Source: Octopus bimaculoides (Eukaryota). From it: a DNA stretch of 48,815 nucleotides. Made by a program: the position numbers and the translations under genes. The stretch lies in assembly GCF_001194135.2 (NCBI RefSeq), contig NC_068982.1, positions 185,323,878-185,372,692 of the forward strand, in the 5' to 3' direction. The notes beneath the pieces were generated by a model, which was not told the origin of the DNA, made no database searches, and saw nothing but the letters and a program-made list of their open reading frames with translations. Positions 35,661-47,900 of the stretch are shown here, one piece after another; the first letter of the stretch is position 1; each line of letters starts with the position of its first letter.

Positions 35661-36252
35661 TTTGCCAGTTTTAACGTTTTAGCGAGATAAGTTGGTGGGT
35701 TGACTGCGGTGATGATGTGTGTTGTTTAGATGTTCGATGTTCATGATGGTGGGCGGATATTGTTGGTAGTGTGGTGGTTATTTTGTTTTTACCATTTGTA
35801 TCGGTATTGTTGTGGCTGTTTAGTCTCAAGTCAATCCTTATTGACCTAAGATAAAAAACAAAAAAAAATTCATTCAACTTTTAAAATATAATGGATTTGC
35901 TTATCTATTTCATACTATGATATTGCTGTTGGTGGCTGTGTTCACGTTGATGATAGAAACACACACACACACATTATATACATTATCTATGAATGTATGT
36001 GTGTGCATATAAAGGGATAATAGTTTTTCAAGTCGTGAACTATATACTTTGATCTTAACTAAAACACATGTGACCTTTGAGCTAAGTAAAAAGTGTAGTT
36101 TAAAGTTGACAATTTTTAAAACTACGCGATTCGCTTTTCGATTAGAGCAAACTTCCAGACCATCTCCTGAAATTAATGGTCATCCTTTACAATTTTCGTG
36201 AGTGCGAAATCCCGTAATCTGAGATAGCCATAACACGGGGGTGGGGGGGATG

Positions 36253-36301
<49 letters not shown>

Positions 36302-36304
<3 letters not shown>

Positions 36305-38420
36305 GAAGGAATACTCACACCAAGTGATGTAATCCTAACTGCATACGGAGGTACCAGGATTCCACAACTGGGCAAAACAGCCAATACAGGGACACACAAA
36401 GGGAAAAAAAAGATGAAGTGTTCTTTTTATATCACAAGAACAGAAGGACCCGAAATTCTCGGACTTAATACTTGTCAAAAGCTCAACACTGTGGCAATCA
36501 ACATTGAAGTGAAAGCAGCAGCTAAGCTGCTAAAGGTATGACAAAACCAACCCAGCCAACTAAGAGACCTAAACCTACACAAGAAGTTGCAACAGTAGCA
36601 GCCAAAAAAGCTCAGCTTGTTAAGGAAGCTCCAAAAGTTTTTGCCAAGGGAACAGCCAAACCCTGTAAGCAGGCTCAACTAGCTAAAGCAACCAAATCAC
36701 CAAAGGTTGTTGGCAAAGGAGTTCAGCCAGGTAAGGTAGCTGGAAAGGCTGCAAAGCAGGCAAAGCCAACACAGCCTATTAAAGCTACTAAACAAGCACA
36801 GCAAACTGCTAAACGAACAGCAAAAACAGTCCCAGCCTAAACAAGGTCAGGCACCGAAGGGTCAGCTTGCTAAACAGGGTCAAACTCCAAAGCAGGGTCA
36901 GGCTCAAAAGCAAATTCAACCCCCAAAACAAGCCCAGCCAGCTGCCAAGACATTGAAACCAGTACAGGCTGCAAAGCAGACGCAACCTGCTGTCCAGGCC
37001 CAGCCAGCTGCCAAATCATCCAAATCAATGCAGAAAGAGATTCTTGATGAAATCCACCCAAGGGTAGATGGGAATGGAAAAATGCAAACTCCGAGCCAAG
37101 TCAGCTGTATATTGGGTAGTCATGTACAAAGACATAAAAAAGATGGTTTCTACATGCCATATCTGTCAAAAGTACGGAAACTCGCAACAAAAGGAGGAAT
37201 CGATACCCAGTGACATCCCAAGATACTCAAGAAGGCCATGGCAAACTATTGGAGTAGATCTGTTCACAGAGAACCAAGAATGGTACTTGATTATGGTCTG
37301 CTACTACTCTGAATTCCCATTTGCGAGAAAAGTGAAAGACCTGAGAGCCAAAACAATAACTACAGTGGCTCGAGGACTTCTAGCAGAGCAAGGAATATCA
37401 GAGCAGATCATATGTGACAACGGAACCCAGTTCACATCTCAGGAATTCAAAAAGCTAACCAATGAATATGGGTTCAATATTATAACCTCATCTCCACACT
37501 GCTCCAAAGGTCTAGGATTCATAGAAAGACAGGTGCAGAGAGTCAAGAGAACACTAGTCAAATGCGGGAAACTAAGGAAGACCTACACCTGGCACTACTG
37601 TCCCTACGAGCGACACCACTGAGGGCTGACATGAAGTCCCCAGCAGAAATGCTGAATGGCAGGTAGTACAAAACCACCTTGCCAACAAAGATCCAACCTC
37701 CTATTGACCAGGAAGAGACAAGGGCAAAGCTAGCAGCCACTCGAGAACAAGGACAGAAATATTACAACAAACCTGCACAGTTCTTACCTGAGATACTTGG
37801 AGGACAATATGTGCATACTCAAGATCCTATAACCAAAACATGGATTCCAGCACAAGTCAGTAGAGCCGAAACTCCACGATCATATATTATAGAAACTGAA
37901 TCTGGTAGGCAGCTGAGCCGAAACAGGGCCCACACCCGCCCAACACCAAAGCTATCGAGGATAACATGCACACCACCTGCAGCATCAGTGACAACACCAA
38001 CAAGAACCCCAACACCCACAGCAGATGATGGCGAGCTGGCAGAAACGTTAGCACGCCGGGCGAAATGCTTAGCGGTATTTCGTCTGCCGCTACGTTCTGA
38101 GTTCAAATTCCGCCGAGGTCGACTTTGCCTTTCATCCTTTCGGGGTCGATTAAATAAGTACCAGTTACGCACTGGGGGTCGATGTAATCGACTTAATCCG
38201 TTTGTCTGTCCTTGTTTGTCCCCTGTGTGTAGCCCCTTGTGGGTAGTAAAGAAATAACACAGAATTCGTGTTTTCACAGAATCATCACCCCCAACGGGCA
38301 CCAACCACCCATCAGCATCCCAACAACACATCAACATTACGCACATCTCTGACACCAGTGCAGAGCACAAGATCCACCAGATGGAGACCGAATACTTTAC
38401 CACCAATTCGATATCTTTAA
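36302..38420 (+). mobile_element. Gypsy-like pol remnant: protease C-half, K/A/P/Q-rich linker, integrase; no RT/RNase H
   Basis: ILTAYGGTRIPQLG..EILGLNTCQKL at 36302-36520. Integrase: GMEKCKLRAKSAVYW..CHICQ, WQTIGVDLF, IICDNGTQFTS, GFIERQVQ, PRSYIIETESGRQLSRNR. Confidence 0.85.
38030..38256 (+). mobile_element. Intact tRNA-derived SINE (empty CGGTAT site at 38073-38078)
   Basis: A box, B box GAGTTCAAATTCC, core, and tail AGCCCCTTGTGGGTAGTAAAGAAATA. Inserted in the integrase C-terminal region. Confidence 0.95.
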
Positions 38421-38819
38421 AAGAAAAAAAAAAGTAAATAATAATTAGTTCTGCTAGATTAGGAAGCAGAAAACCACGTGTGTGGGCAGAATAATCTTAT
38501 GGTTTTGCTGCAGGATTGCCACCCTTGCGCTGACAATCCCTTAATGTAAGGGAGATTACTTCTATTTTTTTTTTCATTGCCAAAAGATCCATTTTCAAGA
38601 AGAAGTGATGTTATATGTTCATAGGTATACGTATACATGAATACATCCCCACTATGTTAAGCGCATCCAGTAAACAATATGAACTGTGAATAAAGCGATA
38701 TACACTCTACTATACATATACAGTTTGTAAACATGCCAAGTGAATAAACACGTTGTTGTTGGCACTCCGTCGCTTACTACGTCGAGGGTTCCAGTTGATC
38801 CGATCAACGTCTTGTTGAC

Positions 38820-39045
38820 AAACCACAGCAGTAATTGTTTTCACCTCAATAGACGTCATTGATTGGTTTAAATTACCGAAATACAACAACTTTAACACGA
38901 AATAACTTCGAAAATGAAGAATCTTCTTAAAAACGCCAAGAGTAAATGATGTTTTAAATGACACATTCTACCTGTATACGAAATTTGAAAGTGTTTAGTT
39001 ACAAAAAATTATTTTTTCTATGTGCCGACCAAAAGGAAAAGATCC
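38820..39045. mobile_element. Right end of a diverged GGATC-ended MITE
   Basis: AATAGACGTCA.TGATT.G...GAAATAA.TTCGAA block homologous to 97-165; ends GAAAAGATCC. Confidence 0.55.
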
Positions 39046-39294
39046 CTTAATTTAGTTAAAAACACGGATTTTCAAAGAGCATCAAAAAAGAAAACAAAAG
39101 AAAAATTGCAACAATTATTCAACGTTAACCGAAGTTACCATATTTGTCATCGAAGAATTGATGTAGTTGTTTCAGCAATGTTTCAGTAGTATCAGAAAAT
39201 CGAAGTCATCACCTGCTGAACTAACCCTAACCCTTCTATTTCTAGTTGTATTCTTTAAACATTTGTCGCGATGTTATGATATGTTGTCGTGGTA

Positions 39295-40060
39295 AGAGGG
39301 TCGGCTGAAAAGTTCAAAGGCTGACCATGGTACTCTCATGGAATATGACTAAATCAGGTTTATTTTTCAACATAGTCTCCCTTGCGGTTCACACACTTCT
39401 TTCATCAGTGTGACAGTACTTGGATGCCATTGATATAGAAGTTTTCATCCTGTAGGTAAAAAAAAATCACCAACAACAGATATGACGTCATCATCACTAC
39501 GATACTGCTTCCCAGCCAAGTGTTTCATCATGTAGGGGAACAGACGATAGTCAGATGGGGCCAAATCAGAATAGGGAAGGTGATCAACCAGTTCAAAACT
39601 ACAGTCACGCACAGCAGCCATTGAAACCAATCCTCTGCATGGATTGTCTCTTTGTCTCTGGCTAAAAGTGATGAAATCAACACCTATCATAGTTTAGGAA
39701 ATGTTCGAGGAAACCAGCTGGATCTGCCTGAAACTGTCAGATTTCCTCGTGATGTGAATAGCCTCGTGCGCTTTTGATTAGGTGTCAGAAGACATGGTAT
39801 TCACCGAGCAGAAACCTTCGTCATGTCAAGTTCATTGTGCGGAATATTCTCAACTCCCTCACCATGTGGTGAACATGATCAATGTTTTCTTCGGTGATAG
39901 CAGCTGCAGAACGTTCAGATCTTGGGTCATCGTCAAAACTTTCCCTTCCCTTCCTAAATTCAGCTGCCCACTTTTGCACTGTTGATACAGCTGGTGCGTC
40001 ATCCTCTAATGCAGCAACTCTCGTAGGATAGCATGTTGCGTTAGGTCTTCATTGTCGCGT
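39295..40060 (-). mobile_element. Mariner element, internally deleted
   Basis: TA-AGAGGGTCGGCTGAAAAGTTC TIR; HLPYSDLAPSDY motif (39445-39690); N-terminal STVQKWAAEFRKGRES..DDPRS remnant. Confidence 0.85.
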
Positions 40061-40229
40061 AGGTGAGCTGGTCTTCACCGTCGCCGTGGTTTGGGTGTAA
40101 GATTATTATGGATTAGGCTAGCAGCTTGACATGGGAACAGGAACAACACTCGCAAACATTTTATGAAACAATATATTCTATTATGATATAATAGGAAAGG
40201 TTCCCCCCCCCCCACATTCAGATAACCAC

Positions 40230-40762
40230 TGTAGAGACTTAGGATATAAGGATCGACTTTCATAATGTCTAGATTCTACGGTCATTAATGACTTACCCAA
40301 GAGACAGGAATAAGTTGGCTTTGAATGAAAATTGAGATGTAATTACTCAAGGCCCTGCTATTGGTTTGTATGGCGAGAGGGGAGGAAATTAAATTGAGTT
40401 TATGGTGCTTACATATAGAAGTGAATAGGAAAGTGGGTTATACATCATTAGATGTACACCTGACTTTCCTATATTAAATTAGAAATATGAACGGAACGCT
40501 GAACTCCAAACTATCAACACAAACAACATTTATTCACGGTGGAAAATATACATCTTTAATCTTGTTTGTTGAGACGTCTTCGGTGTGTGAGAACATGGTT
40601 GTTGGGACGTTGGTATATTGATGTGAGCTGTCTAGCGTGAGTTCGAAAGATGGAGAGACAGCTAGACACGTCCTTGCTCAATCGCTGGCCAGCAAGAAAG
40701 AGATCGATCAAAGCGGGAAAGCTTGGTTGTTGAATTCCACGCATGCGCACGGCGTTACTACA
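40230..40762 (-). mobile_element. LTR-like element, distantly related to LTR B
   Basis: TGTAG...CTACA ends, AATAAA on the minus strand, shared GAGAGGGGAGGA..ATGGTGCT block. No TSD. Confidence 0.5.
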
Positions 40763-41444
40763 AGTGCATTAGAGATAAGTGATTCTTTATAACACAGTCG
40801 CACAGGTACCAAGACTCATGCGTTGCTCTCTGGTGAGTCTCTCAACCTTTACGATAGTTATGGATGGCTTGACAATAGGTGAGGTGCTTGTTCTTTGGTT
40901 GTCCTTAACACAGCACTTGATCTCCGCGGGTTTTGCTTATCACTGGGGAAAAGCGTGCGAATCTTAAGGACATTCACTTTTGTTCTAACTTTGTGGCGTT
41001 ATCTCCTAGAAGCCAATTGGTCGATAAATAGAATGTACACGTGAAACATACGTGGTTTCTCATGGGCTAGCCTGATAACTTAGAAAATGGGTTCGAATCC
41101 TAACTCTCGCTATACAGTCATAAGAAAGAGAATACACTTTTATAGGACTCATCTACGGCATTGGATACCCATTCAAATGATTTTGTTTTTTTAGAAATAC
41201 ATTGAGCCCAATTGTTGTATGATGTATTCGTAGCATCGAAACAGAAATGCAATGACAAGTCTATTTATTACCATACGAGAAAACTGAAGTAGGTCTGCTT
41301 GTTTACTGTTGCCATTCAATTTGATTCATTGTGATTTGGAACCGGGAATCTTCATATAAGTCGACAACAAAATAGTACTAAAGTAATTAAGCAATAGTAG
41401 AATGATTGAATCGGAATTGACAGCTTGCAAGTACTTAAAGTGTG

Positions 41445-41630
41445 TCAGTCGTTTAAACCAAAGCCTGATTTTATTGATCTCGGGGAGAACTAAAGGTAAA
41501 CTTGACCTCAGCTAAAGGTAAAGGATCATACCTACATGCAAAACAATACCAACCTCTGCAGGATTTGAACTCAAGAACATAAAGGCCCGTAACTAAATGC
41601 AGCAAGACATTTTGTACGACGCTCTTACAA
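41445..41630 (-). mobile_element. Degenerate tRNA-derived SINE
   Basis: TTTTATTGATCTCGGG..AAAGGTAAACTTGACCTCAGC..GGATTTGAACTCA remnants. Confidence 0.45.
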
Positions 41631-42111
41631 GCTTTTAAAGCATTTTTTAAAACGCTCAGCTTTCGATGTTCATATACTATAAAAAAAAAAAACCTAAACT
41701 AACTAGTGGTAGTCGTTAGAGCATTAAATAGAATGTCATGCTGTGTTTATTCCAACTTGCTGTGTTCTGAGTCCAGCTAGCGCTAAAGTCAGTTTTCCTT
41801 TTATTCCTTCGGAGATCGATAGAAAGTGGTGAACTAGAACAGTGTATCAGTGAAATTGTAAAAGGGTCGGAAAAGATACTTGTGGCATCTTTTCTGGTTC
41901 TTTTGTGTTCCGACAGCAACAACACAGATGATGCCAAGCTGTAAAGACCCAAGTCTCTGGCCTTTCCCTTGGATAAACTTTAATGGCGTTGCGAAAAGAC
42001 TTGCATGCTTGGACAACTACAAATCTTCCTCAAAGAAAATCTTACTTTGGCCTGCATAAACTTGTGCAGGGGCATGATTAACTTAGCCGATGGGGACTTT
42101 CTCTCTCTCTA

Positions 42112-42188
42112 TTGGTGCATAATTAACGACCGTTTTATAATTTGATAATTAGTTAAAAAGACGGTCGTTAATTATGCACCAACCCAAT
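42112..42188. mobile_element. ~80-bp mariner-derived mini-MITE
   Basis: Perfect 22-bp inverted repeat TTGGTGCATAATTAACGACCGT (42112-42133, 42161-42182) with a 27-nt spacer; mariner-type GGTTGGTGCA end. Confidence 0.8.
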
Positions 42189-42429
42189 TGGCCCATTCCC
42201 AATGGAAGGTGATTTCGCGGTCTCTTCATAGAAACAATGCGGATTTGGTGAATGTCGGTTATGATTAGGGAAAAATGACTATCAGTATAACAGCTATATG
42301 ACAACATTATAATAATAGCCAGTAGTATGATTGCTAGTACGTTCGGTAGTGTATAAAAGATGGTGTTTGGAACGTTTATTTATTAATTTGTTTTTTTCGT
42401 GTAGTGGATTTAGCTTTGATAACAAATTT

Positions 42430-42807
42430 TATTCCTTGGTGGTCGTTCATTTAAGTATATTTTGCGTCGGTGGTGGGTGGCTGTGGTCAGTCTGCTACTT
42501 GTTATGTTGAATAGCGAGCTGTTTTATGTTCTTTTCAGATTATTGTGGAGAGCTTGGGGTCCCAAGTGGGACTGACATAGTCTATAACTGGTATTTTGTA
42601 TTATTTATATTCAGCGACAGTTGTTATTTTCTGTTGGCTAAATATTGCACCTGTGTTTGTCCTAAGTATATGCGGGCAGCAGTTTGATTTTTTCTATTAT
42701 GTCTGTATATAGCTCCTAGTATTTTTATAATTATTTTCTGCGCGTTGTATATAACTGTTGTAGAATGTGATGGTTGGTTTACTTAATGTTCTCGAATATT
42801 GCTTGTG
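42430..42807 (-). pseudogene. Possible Penelope-like GIY-YIG remnant (may continue at 43605-43830)
   Basis: GAIYR and IYLGQT in shifted frames; weak. Confidence 0.3.
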
Positions 42808-42816
42808 ATAAGGGAG

Positions 42817-43595
42817 GGCGAAGGTAAAGGATACACACACCACCCATTTTCGGCGTAACCCTAGCCCTAAAACTAACCTTAAACCTAACCCGGATCTATT
42901 TTAAAACGGGGGCGCCAGTATTTTCTTAACGAAACACTTTGAAACTTGGGACACTGGTAGAATGTGTCATATAAAACATCTTTTACTCTTAGTCTTCTTA
43001 ACAAAAANNNNNNNNNNNNNNNNNNNNNNNNNNNNNNNNNNNNNNNNNNNNNNNNNNNNNNNNNNNNNNNNNNNNNNNNNNNNNNNNNNNNNNNNNNNNN
43101 NNNNNNNNNNNNNNNNNNNNNNNNNNNNNNNNNNNNNNNNNNNNNNNNNNNNNNNNNNNNNNNNNNNNNNNNNNNNTATAATAAATTACGCTGTGCGTAT
43201 CTGTATGCAACAATTTTAGAGTTCGGATTCTAGAGTTAGGGTTAGTTTTAGGGTTAGGGTTACGGTTACGGTTAACAGTCTAGTTAGGGTTAGGGTTACG
43301 GGATTAATACGATATACACCGTTACAGCGCTAACTGTTTTCAACTGAATAGACGTCAGTGATTAGTAGAAATTATCGAAATAAGACAATTTTTTACATGA
43401 AATAAATTCGAATACAAAAATATTTTTCTGTTCTATAACACAAAATAGATAAGTATACGAAGTTTGAAAGTCTTTCCGTACCAAAAACACTACATAAAAC
43501 ATAAATGAAAACTGGCGTCCCCGTTTTAAAATAGATCCCCTAACCCTAACCCTAAACGCCGAAAACGGGAGGTGAGCGTATTCTTTACCTCCGTC
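42817..43595. mobile_element. MULE-like MITE with telomere-repeat core (host of inner MITE)
   Basis: 40-bp TIRs (33/40 identical), exact 9-bp TSD ATAAGGGAG (42808-42816, 43596-43604), (CCCTAA)n-like core. Confidence 0.8.
42892..43538. mobile_element. GGATC-ended MITE with internal TTAGGG tract
   Basis: TIR GGATCTATTTTAAAACGGGGGCGCCAGT vs ACTGGCGTCCCCGTTTTAAAATAGATCC (1 mismatch in 28). Flanks TAACCC|CCTAAC are consistent with a CC duplication. Confidence 0.85.
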
Positions 43596-44385
43596 ATAAG
43601 GGAGATAGGATTTAATGGATGTTACGTTAAGTTTGTTTTTGGAAATTTAAATAGGGTTCGATAGTTACATAGCAGTATCGGAGAACATCCGGAAGATATG
43701 AGTGTGATGTCATGTACGCATGAAGTTGTCTACGTGGGAAGGTCGCGAAGGCATTGGTGTAAAAGAGTGGGTGAGAAAATAGGTTTTTGTTGTTGTTGGA
43801 AATGTTTCTCTAGCAGTTGTTGTTGGTAAACCAATGTTATTGCTGTTACTGTTAATTGTTGTTACAGTATACATTATTAGGCAATAAACACTGTGTGTCA
43901 GCTATAAAAACTGTTTTTCAAATTTAACACCGAACATTGTAAAAAAAAAGTATATATATATTTACATTCTACAACCATATACTCTATTATTGTTATTAGG
44001 TTTACACACACACATATACACACACATCTAAAAATGTGTCTGTTCAACCCATACCATCACAGAAAACGAATGTAGAATGCTGATTACATATAAACGTGAG
44101 CACGCATGTGTGTGTGCATGCACATACGCAATTCCATTTCTGTCTATACATTTATATTCTTATACGTGTATGTATGTGTTCGGGTATATGTCTGAGTATG
44201 TTTGTTCTTTGAACAATATTTATGGTTCTATCATTGAAATGTTAAATTTCCTCTGTTGAACTAAATATTCACCATCTCCCGCCAATGCTTGACACCTTCT
44301 TTCATGTGCACCAGTTACCATTCTTTCTTTGAAGGCGAAATAAACGACTTTTAAATGAGATTGAGTTAACGTCTACCACCATCGT

Positions 44386-44418
<33 letters not shown>

Positions 44419-44429
44419 GTTTGTTGTAG

Positions 44430-44610
44430 TGGTATAATGGCCTTGCAATTAAGAAGTTCGGTTTGCAATCACGAAGTACCGCGCTGGATGCCACTTCGCA
44501 GCAACTTTGGCTTATGTCTTGTCCCATGAGATACCGTAGGCACATGCCTTTGTCCGAAACCTTGTGAGTGGAAGTGGATAAATGGAGACTGGAAATGAGT
44601 CGCCAGAATT
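44430..44610 (+). mobile_element. Degenerate copy of a second SINE family
   Basis: AAGAAGTT...CCTTGTGAGTGGA..TGG..AA.TGGAGACTG resembles, from memory, another abundant octopus SINE. Confidence 0.45.
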
Positions 44611-44750
44611 GTATCTGTTCTTAAATGATAGACGCAATCCGCCATCTGGTTTAACACCACTACATGGACATTGGGTTCCTTTAGTAGGATACATAAATAT
44701 TCTCAATATTTTAATACGTGGGAATGCGACAAGCTGACATATGAGGATAG

Positions 44751-46687
44751 GACAGCATGGTTACTTCAGTCAGGGCTTGTTTTTGAACCATCTTTTGACA
44801 GTGCCTTGTATAGGGATCTCATCACTCTTGCTACAGAAAGGATGAAGCGATGGTAAAAGTTTATCATGCCCAGAAATTGGTGTAGAGCTTTGCTTGTGGT
44901 GGGGCTTGGAAAGGATAAGATAGCTTTCATTTTTTTCTGGCAGAGATGTAGCACCAGCACCTGTGATTCGATGTCCCAAGCGGTCGATTTCTGTAACATC
45001 AAAAATACACTTAGCAGGGTTGATTACTAGACCAGACTGTTTCAGTCTATCAAAAGGAGTCACTAGGTGCTTCTTGTGTAGTTCTGCATTTTGGCTTGCA
45101 ATAAAGATTACATCTAAGTATGCAAAGACAAAAATCAAAACTCCTGCACACGGTGTCCATCAAACGTTGGAAGGATTGTGATACATACGTTTTTCAGGCC
45201 AAAGGGTGTACGTTGGAATTCATACAGTCTGAATGGATTGATCACAGCGGTTTTCGGTACATCGTCGTCTTGTACTAGTATTTGGTGATAACCTTGGATG
45301 AGGTCGACCTTCGAGAAAACCAAGCACCCGGCTAGCTGGGTTGAGAAGTCCTGTATGTGCGAAATGGAGTAGCGGTCGGCTGTCGTAGCTGCGTTGAGAC
45401 GGCTGAAATCTTTGCAAGGCTACCAACCTCCGTTGGGTTTCGGTGCCACATGCAGGGATGACAACCAGGGACTGTTTGATCGGCGAACTATGCTCAACGC
45501 CTCCATATTGTCTAACTCGGTCATTGCGATAGCAAGTTTGTCTGGTGAGAGACAACGTGCACGGCTGTACACTAGGGAGATGGGCGGTGGTGGGGATGTG
45601 GTGTGTCACTCTGTGGCGGGCTTGTAGGTTTGGAGAATGTCGGGGTACCGAGATTGGGGCAACTCGCAAGGAGATTCGAGAATTCATTCTCGGTCTGAGA
45701 GGCGGTTGCCAGAGACACGGAAGGGTATGTATTGCTGTTGATGAATCATCTCCCCTGCAAATCAACCAGTAGCAAGTGTGCTCGAAGAAAGTCCGCCCCA
45801 ATAATGGGTTGATGGACATCAGCAATGGTGAATGCCCATGTGTATTTTTGTGAGCCGATGTTGAGAGAAAAGATGCCGTTAAAGGTTGGCCCCACTTTCC
45901 GTAACGGGGGTCCCTTGCCGACGCTGGGATGACGTTGACTTCTGTTTATGTGTCGATTACGAACCTACGTCCAAAGCTCCGATCGCGGACATAGAGGAGC
46001 AGTTGGTCGTGTTTGTCGGTCACCATGGCATTCAATGACGGTCAGCCCTGGATTTTCCCTGAGCCAATTGCCAAGGGGTCCTGAAGCTGCATGGTTGTTT
46101 GCAATTTGTAGCCTTTTCCCCAAACATTGTGTGGTAGAAGCACAGGTCGTCTTACTTGACTCTATTATGTCTCGGGACTGACCCTATGTCTTTGACCATA
46201 ACACCGCAGGTCCTTGATGTCGGTTTGAGTTATGAGGGCCTTGACCTAGGGTGGTAACTTGTGGAGGAATATTTCCCTAAACAAAAAGGAAGGTGACTCA
46301 CTGGGGGGGGGGGACTAATGCCAACATCTTGTCCATCAGCTCTGAAGGCTTGGTATCACCTAATTCTTCCTCGAGTATTTTGGCTGCAGCTTCCCAGTCG
46401 CTCCACCGGAATTCCACCAGCCTGTCTTTTAACGTGGTGTATTTGTGCGTTGCTGTGGGTTGGATTAAAATGTCCAGCACCCTGGTTGATGTGTCTTCAT
46501 CTAGTGCCACTACTACATACGAATATTTCGTTAGGTCTGAAGTTATTCTGTGTACGTTAAATTGTACTTCCGCCTTTGGCCAGAATTGTGGTAGCTTTAG
46601 TGCTGTGTGATCACTTGCCATGTTCTTTAATTTTCTGTTTGCTTCGATGTACAAAGCAAAAGGTATTGGTCTTCTGTGGGGTCACCA
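44751..46687 (-). mobile_element. Ty3/Gypsy internal region: PBS, gag, protease, RT; 3'-truncated pseudogene
   Basis: PBS TGGTGACCCC (46678-46687); gag ALKLPQFW..LGDTKPSELM; IIGADFL; RT FSKVDLIQGYHQI, PFGLKN, FAYLDVIFIAS, QFLGMINFYHRFI. Confidence 0.92.
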
Positions 46688-46689
46688 GT

Positions 46690-46918
46690 CATAGCTTTTG
46701 TTAAGCTATACACAAAAATTTAACGGAGACCCAGAATGTGTAAGCGAAAGATTTATTCAGTTAAATACATGAGGGTGACAACTGGCAGTCAACTCTTGCT
46801 TAGTTGAAAGCCCGTTTAACCAGAAGTCAACTTCGCCACAGACCAGCTCCCAAGCTAGCCCACAATGAATTTCCTGTTTACAGTTCATCTGCTATAAATC
46901 CTTGGGCAGTGCCCTACA
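46690..46918 (-). mobile_element. Short (~230-bp) 5' LTR
   Basis: Starts TGTAGGGCAC on the minus strand, has AATAAA, and abuts the PBS. Confidence 0.7.
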
Positions 46919-47289
46919 ATAGTCTATTTAGGGATTATTTAAAGTTTTATGGCAAAGACTAGAACCAACTAGACTCCTTATATAAAAATATTTCGTAATA
47001 AAATTGGGAAAATTTTCAGTATCGGAAATGTGCTATGCTAGAGATGAAGTGGGGGAAAACTTACTGTAGTGGAATAGATCTACCTGATCTATTTTATATT
47101 TTTATACTTTATTTATTGAACTTTTGTATACTTGTTGAAAATACAAAATCATTAAATGTAGAAGAAACATAAACACCTGGGAATACAGTAAAGCAACAAA
47201 ATCACGAGAAGGAAAGAGTAAAGTTCTCAGTAAAGAACATTTTTGGAGAATGATTTCAATATCCAAATTGAATATAGGAAACGTGGTAC

Positions 47290-47690
47290 TCGTAATCAAC
47301 ATGAGAGTATTGCAAATGTGGTATAGTACAAGAATTATTGAGAAAGGATGAGTTGGACAGGATAATGAGGAAGCAGCTCATTGCACAGAAAGAAGACTAG
47401 AACAGACTGGATATCATAGTTGTCAACAGAAGTGACTATATATTGTAATTAATGTGGATTGCCTATTAGACACCAGAGTAAAAAAAAAGAAAACAAAAAG
47501 TAAAATATTATACTGACTTGAAGGATAAAATCTTCAAGTGCTGGGACAGAGAAGTTAACAAGTCCATTATTCTGAAACTGTTATTGGAGTCTTGGGAACA
47601 GTGACAAAAATCTGTACCCAAACCTTGAGAACTTTTATCTTAATCTAGGAGTATGTGCAGACAATCCACTATTCCTGAGGCCGACTTGCT
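47290..47690 (+). pseudogene. R4/Dong-like LINE restriction-like endonuclease (RLE) fragment
   Basis: NRLDIIVVNR..INVDCLLDTRV..KVKYYTDLK..W..VIGVLGTVTK matches the PD-(D/E)xK RLE pattern. Confidence 0.65.
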
Positions 47691-47759
47691 TTTCTTCTTT
47701 GCTGGGTCAAAAAACTTCACCTAAACTCTGCTATAACTCCCACCATGTTCCTAAATTAG

Positions 47760-47900
47760 AAATCATCATAATTATTGACATAATCATCAGTTTCTTTATC
47801 ATCATTATCATCTTCATCAACAGTACCATCATTAATGTCTCCATCACCACCACCACGACCACCACCACCACCATCATAAATATAAGAGTAGTCGAGGTTG
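47760..47900. repeat. (ATC)n/(ACC)n low-complexity tract
   Basis: Direct reading of the sequence. Confidence 0.85.

Noticed and set aside
36538-36840. Histone H1 gene
   Set aside because: No globular winged-helix domain; the K/A/P-rich text is embedded between retroelement protease and integrase.
41060-41115. tRNA gene suggested by the B box GGTTCGAATCC
   Set aside because: No A box or cloverleaf can be built; at most a SINE relic.
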